From Paragordius varius (lineage: Eukaryota > Animalia > Nematomorpha), in the NCBI GenBank assembly GCA_964247055.1, contig OZ176054.1, forward strand, positions 2,666,001 through 2,730,000: DNA of 64,000 nt, read 5' to 3'. The notes beneath the pieces are model-generated. The model was not told the DNA's origin. It saw nothing but the letters and a program-made list of their open reading frames with translations, and searched no databases. This document shows positions 1 through 10,481 of this stretch, piece by piece. Every line of letters starts with the position of its first letter. Positions within the stretch are counted from its first letter, which is position 1. Both the position numbers and the translations under genes were made by a program.

Positions 1-321
1 GAATATTGCGAACAGGCGCTACTGTATTTTTAATATGTAACTACAAAAAATAAAAATCATACATACCAACATACATGTTAATTAAAACCCCTTTTTACTC
101 ACTGGAATGGGAAATAATAGCTCTCGTTACAACTCTAAATATTGATTATAACTATATGATTTAAAGTGGGAATTTTAATTTTAACAGTATTTATCGCTAA
201 ATAAAAAGCAAGCGTGTTTTATTTGTATTTTCAAAATCATTAGTTTCCCGAATATGTTTAAAGCATTCATTATGATTTTGGTAAAATTTGATATACAATA
301 AAACCTAATTTTTATAATTTA

Positions 322-2473
322 CTAGCTTAAATCTCGTGCTGCTACGCAGCCCGAGGAAGTCCATAGGACTTTTTGGGGGTCGGAGAAGGGGGCGCTATTT
401 GAAAAAAGGGTGGATTATATCAAAACATTATTTAATAGTTATGATCTCATAGGATTTTCAAAACAGTGCTTCATAGAATTTTCAAAACTGTGCATTCATA
501 CTAATATATTGCTTATTGGTGTGAAGGCCCAAAATTGACGGCTAACGGAAAAGGCCGCTATACTATAATTTATACCTTTTTATGGGTATTATTTAAAACC
601 TTTATTGAACTTGTATGGCTCCTTAAGTTTTTGGAAATTAGCTCCAAAACCATGCCTATTTTGTATGGCATCTCAGTTTTAAACCGGTCAACCCCTACCC
701 ATAGACCTATATGAAAAAAGCGCTGAGTCAAATTTCTTTGCCTTTATGGGGCAAATATTTGGAATCATCTTTGAAACCATCGTCTCATGGGTTATTCGAA
801 AAAATACCTCAACAATAATTATCGTTATATGATGGCGTGCGTATTTTTAGGGGCAAAAAGGCCCCAAAAAAGAGGCTAATAAAAAGACGCTGATCTAAAT
901 TTTTACTTAATTACGCGTAATATTTCAAGTTGATGAGCTCATATGGCTTCATAAATTTTCTAAAATTAGCTCCAAAACAAAGCAATTTTAGTGGTGCAAT
1001 TTTTTGGCGGGTAGCTCCTTACCCAGAGGCAGGTATAAAAACAGCGCCAGGCAAAATTTTTAACTTTATATGGGGAATATCTGGAATTATTATAGATTCC
1101 ATATGTTTCTAAATTCTTGGAAATATTGCTTCGAAACTAAAAAATTGTTCTATGACGGCGAATTTTTCAGAGCGTAAAACTTTTCTTAGCGACTCATTGA
1201 AATAACCCCTATACTAAAATATTTGTTTTTTAAGGGGTAATAAATACTTTAGGCCCTTATTGAACTCACATAGTGTCATAGGTTTTCAAAAATTTGGCTC
1301 CAAAGGCATGCTGTATCGATATGGTGACGCAGTTTTACGCGCCTAGCCCCCTTAGGCGACACAAAAAAACGCTCGATTAAAATTTTTGCCTTAATTCGGG
1401 TAATACCTCGAATCGTGATTGATTCCATATGCTCTAGTGGGATTCGAAATTACCTCAAAACCAATTCTATGCTGGCGCATTTTCAGGGCAAGGGCCTAAT
1501 TAATGGGTAATTTTATAAAACCGTTCTACTTAAATTGCCTTTTTACGGGTGCCCTTATTGAACTCATATGGCCTGATAAGTTTCCAGAGTCACGCTGTAT
1601 CGAGTTTTGCTTTTATAGGGGAATACCTGGAATCATCATTGAATCCATATGTTCTTAATAGTTTTTGGAGGAATGGCTTCAAAACTAAATAATAGTTAAA
1701 TGATAGTGCATTTTTTAGGGCGTAAAGGGGAAAATTAACGGCTAATTTAAAAAAACCGCACGACTTAAATTTTTGCCTTTTTACGGGTAATATTTTAGGC
1801 CCTTATTAAACCTGGCCTGACAAGTTTTTTAAAAATTAACTCCTAAACAACGCAATCTCGATATGGTGGCGCAGTTTTAGGCGGGTAGCTCCCTGACCAG
1901 AGGCTAATACAAAAAAGCGCTTGATTAAACTTTTTGCCTTTTTACGGAGAATACATGGAATCATGATTGATTCCATAAGCTCTCATTAGTTTTTGGAGAA
2001 ATTGCGACAAAACTAAAAAATCAATTTATGGTAACGCTTTTTTCAGGGCGTGAAGGGCCTAATTAACGGCTAATTTTAAAAAACCGCGCGACCTAAATTT
2101 TTGCATAGTTATGGGTAATATTTTAAGTTATTGAACTCATATGGCATGATAGGTTTCCTGAAATTTAACTCCAAAGGCACGCTATTTCGATATGACGGGG
2201 TAGTTTTTATCAGGTTTACCCAGCAGCCAATATAAAAGATACGCAAGACTAAAAATTTTGTTTTTTTACAAGAAATACCTGGAATCCTCATTGAATCTTA
2301 ACGTCTCATACCTTGGGCGAAAAATAGATTCAAAAAATTATTTTTGTGGACTTAATTTTTTTGAAACAAATGGTATTACGGGGGGAGCGGGTAAAAGGGC
2401 CTAAATTAAAAAAGCGAGCCGACTATGTTCGGCGCAATCGAAAATAAGTAAAAAAAACATATTTGAAATTGAA
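322..2473 (-). mobile_element. Non-autonomous Helitron (5'-truncated) with ~6 internal ~325-bp tandem units
   Basis: On the minus strand it ends GGACTTCCTCGGGCTGCGTAGCAGCACGAGATTTAAG-CTAG|T (CTAG at 322-325), a GC hairpin a few nt before a CTAG terminus. Internal anchor TTGAACTCATATGG-like recurs at ~605, 933, 1260, 1558, 1806, 2131. 2280-2473 matches the other copies in reverse. Confidence 0.8.
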
Positions 2474-2692
2474 TTTTGAAATTACGGTATAATCCTATTA
2501 CTATGAATGCTTCAGAATTGATTTTCATTTATTAGCTTGGCCATTAGAATCAGAAATTTTACCCATTTGCATGAATAAGAACAGGTCTTAGAAGTTTTAA
2601 TTGCAAATCGAATCAACGCTTTCAGCCCTGGGGCGTTTGCATGGCAATACTGATTAAAATTACCCTTAAAAAAGTAAAAGAGAGACTATATA

Positions 2693-4055
2693 CAAGGGGT
2701 GGCCAAATAGACCGCGGTCGACTTCGTGACCGCCTGAAAATTTTTTAAATAATAGAAAAAATATTTTTGCATAGAATTTTTTTCCACAAAATTATAATTT
2801 ATTTTTCTAAATTTATTTTTATTTTATGTTTTAAAAAGTTTAGCAGTTAACTAAATTTATATTTAACTAATTTAATTTATTGTTTTAATATATTTATTTA
2901 ATCATATGTAATTTAATCGAACTTTATATCATTTGTAATTCCTTAGAAAATAGTTTTAATTTAGCAAATAAACGAAGGCATCGTTAAAATTTATATTTTA
3001 GAGTTTTTTAAAAATTCAAGTCAGAAAAATGCTAAAATATTAGAAAAGAATGGGAAGAAGATTATTTTTTAATAATGGATAATGATGAATTTATTTGTTT
3101 AATATGCAACTCCACCGTGGCTTTGCCCTAAAAAAGCAAATGGCCAAAGACATTTACCACGCTTCACATGAACTATCAAAAATACTAATCAGATATTTGC
3201 AAATTAAAATTCCATTGCAATTTACCGAATATAAGAAATCCCATCAAAAAAACCACAAATCTTTTCAAGACGAAGAAATTCGGAAAGATGCTTTTATTAA
3301 TCGCTGCTGTAAAAATTATGAAGATAAAAACAGTATTATGGAATCAATAAAAAAGCTTATCCATATCTAAAAGCATAATAATGCGTAGTGATTATGATCT
3401 TAATCAGAATCTTACCGAAATCTTACATTAAAATATTAAATCTTTTATATTTTTTGGCTTCAATTTAAACAGTCCAATGATTACGTTGGAATTGCCCAAT
3501 TATGGGTTTTTCTTGGCATGATTTTCCATGAAATGCGTTTAACTAAACTCAAAATTACGGGACACTCTTTTCGATTTAAGAGATTTACTATCTCGCAGCT
3601 TATATCTATTATTTAAAACCTGGTATGCAGTAATCCATAAAATCTGGTAAAAGATATTTGCCACAAGCTACAAATCCATTTTTTACTTAATCATATGAAA
3701 GGTCGCAAGATATACAGTTAATTATCAAGGAAATTTAATAAATTGAATAATGTCAAGTTTTAGTAATTGTTGTGGCAACCAGAGGTCTTCAGAATCAAAA
3801 CTATGTAGGTATTTTGAAAAATCATTATATATAAAAATAACTACTAAAAATAATTATTTTTTGTAATATTTATTTTAAAATGGCCTGTGCTAGTCACCCA
3901 ATCGGTAAATTGATATATATCATATATATATATATATATATGGATTATTTGTGTTGAAGTGATAAATGAATGTTTTAATACTTGATAATCATATGTGCCC
4001 GCGTGAAATCTCCCAAAAAAGTAGCCTGCGGGAAAAAAGGTTGGCCTATACACTT
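2693..4055 (+). mobile_element. Decayed hAT (Charlie/Buster-like) element, ends degenerate
   Basis: Left end CAAGGGGTGGCCAA (2693); right-end-like GCCCGCG...AAAGGTTGGCC (~3997-4046); transposase remnant between them. No clean TSD. Confidence 0.45.
3095..3620 (+). pseudogene. hAT transposase remnant (GTF2IRD2/ZBED5-like)
   Basis: Across frameshifts: ASHELSKIL...KSFQDEEIRKDAF...ESIKKL / SISKSIIMR...NLTEIL / FWLQFKQSNDYVGIAQLWVFLGMIF, resembling the recalled hAT pattern ASY.VS..I..K.F.D.E..K / LS..TV.RR / FSLQ.DESTD....AQL.VF.R. Catalytic DES decayed; stops present. Confidence 0.6.
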
Positions 4056-6344
4056 TATCTATTTAATATTGTTAACAAAATACAATAAAAAGTAAGCGGA
4101 TATATTTTATGGTTTCATTTTCTGTAGAGTATTTTATTTGTTTGCCAAAAAAATTTTAACCGGTTTTTTTCAGTTTTCGGGTTTTTATATTTGAAATTAT
4201 CCTTTTAATAAATCAATATAAATTAGATCACTCTATTATTACATCTTAAAAAATTTGGCGTGAAAAATAAGTTTGAAAGGAACATATAAATGTATCTATA
4301 TCACCGTTAATACACAAAGATAAGAAATTTTGTTAAAACAAAAGCGTTATATTGCGGGTTTAAAATAATTAACAAAACGATCGTAAATTTTAAAAAGCCG
4401 ATACTGAGAGCAAATTTAATATTCATTTAATTTAATTAACAAATCGGTTGGAATCGATTGATACCTTAACAAAAATGTAAATATGGCCTTAAATTTTAAA
4501 TTATTCAAATAATGGCGCGTTACAAAGTGAATTTTCCGGCTAAGCCCCACCCAAATGAAAAAGCCACAATTGATTTAAAACAATTTTTCAATATATAATT
4601 TTAATTAATTCCTGAGTAGCCATTAAAAAATACCCCTATTTAGGATATACGCAAGTCTGCGAGCAGTGATTTTCGGAAAGTGAGTACCATTATAATCCAA
4701 TATCTGCCAGGTATAATATTATGGATATGTTGGCCATTTGAAAACCTTATTCAAACAGGAGGTACCATAATTTATAGATTTATGTATTGACTTAAATAGT
4801 AGCCCTTGCATTCAGCTTTTTATCGAATGGTACTGAAAAATTTGTCAGACCCTTTTTGTTTCACGTCTATAAATTAAACGAAAATGCGCAAAAATTATCA
4901 TAACCTCGATATACTTTTTGGAACTTTGTTGAAATATCTGATTCTTATCTCATCCATATATTTATCCAAATAATAAATAGGTGTAAGGCGATCACTATAA
5001 ATTGTATAAAGTAATATGAATAGAAATAGGTGTGTACCAAGGTGTTTTATTTTATGAACCGAACATAAATAAGCTGTTTTTTAATTGTCCCCAAGGTTTA
5101 GCGACGTATAATAAGGTCAACAGTTAACAGATCCCAAAGGACTAATCTTCGAAAAACCGGAAACCAAAAAAATATGATATTCTATTCATATATGTAAGAT
5201 AGCCGAGTGTTTTTGTCGACCAGGCCTTTGAATTCCTTACTTCCGCTCATTGGGGTATAACGAAAAAAAAATCGTTTAAGAAAACACAATGAACCATATA
5301 ATAGTCAGAGTAAAAGTTGGAAACATGATTACACTGATATACTTTGCATGAATTGTAATTTGTTTAATTAATACACTACTATACAAAATTGTAACATCCT
5401 GTTATATATCAGCAAACGCAACATTTTTAGTTCCGTTTGGATAGAAAATGATGCGTTTTCTTGAAAAAAAAACGTTACAGTTGGTTGAAAGTGTTGAGTT
5501 TGGTTGAAAAAGTGCTTTGGACTGCGCGAATGGCGAGTATCAAAATATCGCAAACTTTCAAGAAATATAAAATGAAAGGCAATTTATACCAATTTATTCC
5601 AGAATTTGGGTTTTAAAGACATATTCTATTGGTAACGTTTTGTTATAAACATAATTTGGGCTTGTAATCACCATGCTTTTTACAGGGAAAATAAATTATA
5701 ATCTATATTTTACGATTTTTAATAATGATTAACCCATATTAAAAAATATCCACATAATATTTCCGGGTATTATATCGCCCTGCACTTACCACATTTTTAA
5801 TTCTTCATAAGTCCTAAATTTACAAACCAAATTTTATACATAATATGGAAATATAAATGACTAAAAATATTGTTATCAAAATTACATATTCCAAATTACC
5901 AAAAATATATAAAATTAAAGACATCTATATTTTGTATTCCCATTAATTTGCTGACAATGTTTGTCCGTATGCGATATCGGTTATTTGGAAAATAAATTAT
6001 CAGGGTACAAATAATTTATTACTACACTCGATGACGGGTATTCATATTATCTTATATCTTTTACTAAATTTTTCTTATAATAGTTTTTGCAGTATTGATA
6101 AGGACAAAAAGTAACCGTTGTCATCACAGTATTAGTAAAAACTTAATAAAAAGTTTTCGATATCAACCTTACAAAAAGATATCCATAAATAATATTTATT
6201 GCGGCAAACGTACACGGAATGAAGTAATAATATAAGAAAACAGATATCATTAATATACATATACATATATATAGATTCAACATTTGTTCCCTCATACATA
6301 CATATGCTGCTAAAACAATAAACATTTCAGTAACATTTACATTC

Positions 6345-7991
6345 CTAAAACAATAAATCAGCATCGTGGGAAGAATCTAGGAGACTTTTAGGTTCCTGTT
6401 GTACAGGTTGTTGATTCTTAGCACCTTTTATTTTGGGCATGCCTGTGCCACCCGACGAGTATTCATGCATTCGTTCGGATTGCTCTTCATGCAAAACTTC
6501 CATTTGTGCGCGTTCTTTGTCCTTTTGAAGGGCTTGTTTCTTTTTTGTGGCTTGAATTTTCTTTAATCTGTTAAACGTAATATAACAGTTTATATTAGGG
6601 GGTGCGGCATTAATTAGGTAATTTATTTACAATAAAACGAATACATTGGCGGCCAAAGTGGTAATCTTATATTTTAAATTAGATTTTTCCACAATTAGAT
6701 TTAAGTTTTAACCCATATTAATAATTAATTTTATAAAAACTAAAAGTTAAAACATTAATTTCTTTTTATATTTAAAATATAAAAATTTTTAATGTGTACA
6801 GGATTGTTTGAGAATTTAATTCGCTTGTAAAATAAACCTATAAAATTCTTCGCGCTCCATTTCATCCAACTCTGTTATGATGTAAGCTAAAGTTCGTTCA
6901 ATTTTGGGGATAACGACTAAAAGCATAAAAATATAGCAAAAATTATATATATTTACAGTAGTGCAATATAAAATATTTATGCATTATCCTTTACTAATTG
7001 TTTTTATTCAAAAGTTTATTATGAATTTTTTTTAATAACAAAATTATGTTTAGATAATAAAAACTGTGCCCCCACTGATCTGTAATTACATGAATATAAT
7101 TTTAAGGACATATATTATTAACGAATTGCAAACGCATGTAATAATCAAATTATAAATTAATCTAATTAAAATATTTTAAATATTACTGACAATTTCGACT
7201 ATATACCGTATTGTAAAGCGTTCACACGTCGATTTGTAAGTTTAATACTTTCATCAAGGGCCACAAAAGATGTTTGAAGGCTAGCCACATCGATCAGTAG
7301 CTGAATGCAATGTGCAAAAGTTTTTTTCAATTTTGTCATTTGTTGGCCCCCACGGGCTAAACCGGCTAATTCATAAGAATCCCCACCAGCTGTTATAGCT
7401 TCGAAAATGGGTAATTGAACGCCTAACAATATTTTAAACAATTAAGCGACTTGATAGAAAATATAACCTTTATTAGTCACTGATAATGAAATCAAAGATA
7501 GGAATGTTGCAAAAAACTGATTATATTACTTAATATCTCAAAAAGTTAAATATGACAATTCACAGCATATATGTATATGGTAAATTAGAGTACCAGCTAC
7601 ATTGTCCTTCTTTTGAGATACTTTGATATTGGCGCGGTTTGAAACTTTTTGAATAACGCCGTTATTAAAATCTCCCGTAATAAAACGCGCTTCAATTAAA
7701 GCAAAAGATGCATCTTTCATTACAGCACCCATTTCAGTTTTACTCTAAAAATAAAGCATAAATATAGGTTATTGGTATATATAATGTTATTTTATGTTAT
7801 CATGAAAATATTACATCCACAATCTTTTTTAATATTTGACGGAACCTAATAGTAAGCGCATCAGATTTTTTCTTTAAAAGGTTATATCCTTTTTGTCCAC
7901 CCAGAAGCCGCGATTTCATCAAGGCTAAAGCCCTAAAATAAAATTAATAATTATACATTCGGGAGGGAAAGATATCAATTTTATCTGGCAT
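6345..7991 (-). CDS. ATP6V1D: V-type proton ATPase subunit D, 6 exons, 273 aa
   Basis: Exons 7957-7991, 7815-7932, 7594-7744, 7207-7422, 6838-6916, 6345-6567; all introns GT-AG with compatible phases; 822 nt. [48 protein letters not shown]...[14 protein letters not shown]...[11 protein letters not shown]...[59 protein letters not shown]...DADLLF* is unmistakable V-ATPase D. Confidence 0.98.
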
Positions 7992-8464
7992 CTCAGGGGC
8001 GACCTACGCTGAACAGCTGAATACTATATGACAAAAGAAAGTTATGGGAAACATAAATTTCAACATGATCTCACCCTAATAATTTCGATTCTCTTAAAAT
8101 TTATATATAATAAATTAATTTGGGATATTTTATAGCCTGATACAATACGAAGAGCTAGACTAAAGTATGATAATGGAAAAATAAATTCTAACATATAAAT
8201 TGATGGACAAATGCCTTAGAATTATTATGATGATTTTGGCTTTCGGCCTTAGTTTCTCATTAAAAACTTATTTTTTGTTATAAAAGCTCCATATAAACCT
8301 GCGTGAACATTAAAAATATTTTTTATGGAAAATGTTACATTTTATATGAAATAAACAATATATATGTAAATAGGGGTTTATAAGTTTTAATTGGTGCCTC
8401 TTATATTGGGAATTTTTTAATACTCGAAGCTTAATTTTCGAGATAAACAACTAAATGTTATTTA

Positions 8465-8594
8465 ATTATATTAATCAGTGTTGTTTCGGATTAACTAATA
8501 TTTATATAACATTTTTAACTTCTGGTTAATTATATTAATCAGTGTTGTTCCGTATTAAATAATATTTATATAGCATTTTATAACTTCTAGGGTT
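8465..8594. repeat. 64-bp tandem duplication (2 copies)
   Basis: ATTATATTAATCAGTGTTGTT starts at 8465 and 8529, with similar downstream sequence. Confidence 0.85.
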
Positions 8595-8649
8595 ACATTC
8601 CTTCTTAATCGTTGTCTAAAAGATCAACCTGATTCTTATAAGAATAGTT

Positions 8650-9225
8650 CAGAATTAGCATGGTGCTTTTGGTTTTGGCCATCACGAGTATAAAAAAGAT
8701 TTCGTTTTTGCTGCAAGCGCTAAAAAAATGGCCGATTGTCTCAAATATTTTGCTCTTTGTTAAATGGCCTGGTTTACTTAAAGAACACAAAAATGCCTGG
8801 ATAGGCGTTAAAAATTTCAAATTACATAAAATATTGTATCAAAAAAAATATTTTTTAAAAAATACATTTTTGCGTACATTCTATAAACATGATGGAAACG
8901 GTATAAAAATGCTCTGTTAAATATTAAACCCCTTTTTATATAATTTAATGATACAGATAATTTCATCGCTTCACAGATTTAATTTAAAAGATTGTTTACT
9001 TTCAAATTTTGCCGAATTTTTCTAAAAAAACACATTTTATATTCAACATAAATTAGAAGACGAACATTTATTTGAAATTCTTAGGTTAGAAATGTTTAGC
9101 ATCATCGTATTAAGTGTTCTGATAATATTTTAAATCGTTTTTACCGTTTCCATCATGCCTCAGACTTTGTTATTCTTGACACATTTTTCTTAAAGACGGT
9201 TACTATTTGTGGACACTATGTTATG
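8650..9225 (-). repeat. Isolated, inverted C1-centred piece of the 18.6-37 kb array monomer
   Basis: Perfect 14-bp IR CATGATGGAAACGG (8888-8901) / CCGTTTCCATCATG (9144-9157); spacer matches the array C1 spacer in reverse; GTGCTTTTGG and TTTGTGGACACTATG match arm W. Confidence 0.65.
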
Positions 9226-10111
9226 ATAGGTCCACAAGATGAACTAAACAACTGATTATAATATCGATAAATACAAATTAACGCATAAATAATATTTGGT
9301 TCTTTAAGTTAATTTAACGATTTTATTAAAATCACATTGATTTTGTTATAACTTTTATTTTCATTTATTGGAGTCTTTTACATTCGGCAGTGTAAAGTAA
9401 TATTTTATAACTTGGTTATTAAACATCTCTTGTATATTAGCTAAAAAACTTATATATTTACATTTATTTAGAGCTTAAAATTGGAAAAACTACAAAGCTC
9501 GATTGATAATTTATAAGCTTTTTTAAGTTAATCATTCATATTTTTATTAAGTATGAGTCCGGATGTATTTCCGATATAAAAATTTTAAGAAAACATGGCA
9601 GCCAAAATGTTTGAGATGAGAACTTTTTGACAATCATGCGGCTAAAATGCTAAAGAACACACTTAATCTATCTTAAATATTTACAATAATAATAATTCTG
9701 TGGGATACAAAAGTACCCGTGAAAGGCAATACGTGTTAACTCGGGATAAAATAATTTGTTATAATAATTTTTTTGCTCATATATTTGAAAAAAGAATATT
9801 TACAAACAGTGAATCAAAAAGATATATATTATCATTTAAATTATAATCCAGCTCCAGCTTAAGGCACTTGATCTTAAATATCCAAAAAAATAATATGATA
9901 TAAATATAAAAAATGTTTGTCAAATATTTATAATTAATCAATTAATACAATTTTTTTAATATACAAATATTTATTTAGGAATTTTCCCAATTTTCAATTT
10001 CCTGCCATTTTGAGAAACAAATAATTATATTTCCGCTTTTTCTTGGTAAATACTAATGTCACTATAATTTCATTTGTTTTGGGACCAAAAGTTTTACATA
10101 CTATCCGACTC

Positions 10112-10131
10112 CTCTCTCTCTCTCTCTCTCC
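10112..10131. repeat. (CT)n microsatellite
   Basis: Direct reading. Confidence 0.9.
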
Positions 10132-10481
10132 CTCTGTTTCTTCTCCCGCCAAAGTTTTTTTTATTAAACATCCGTAATTTATTTTTTTTAAAAAAACAAG
10201 ATAAAACTTTTTTACTATTATTTTTTTGTCAATTTATAAGCATCATGCCTCGCAACCATTTGGGTACGAAATTGCCATGTATTAAATAGCTTTTTACCAA
10301 TTATACTTCCAGATGTAATTGATGGTAGTTTTTAGGTGTTGTTTGTGTGATTTTTATTACGGTATTATTATTGTTGTTAAAATTTTAAATAACTATTATT
10401 CCATGATAACACATTACTTTTTATTATATGTATCAAAAACATTAAATAGCTTTATCATTACTGTTAATTAAATCACATAAT

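Noticed and set aside
5368-5630. GC-richer patch with short ORFs on both strands
   Set aside because: No recognisable protein and no consistent exon chain.
9700-9740. piggyBac-like end (rc TTAACACGTATT...GGGTACTTTTGTATCCCA)
   Set aside because: No matching opposite end found.
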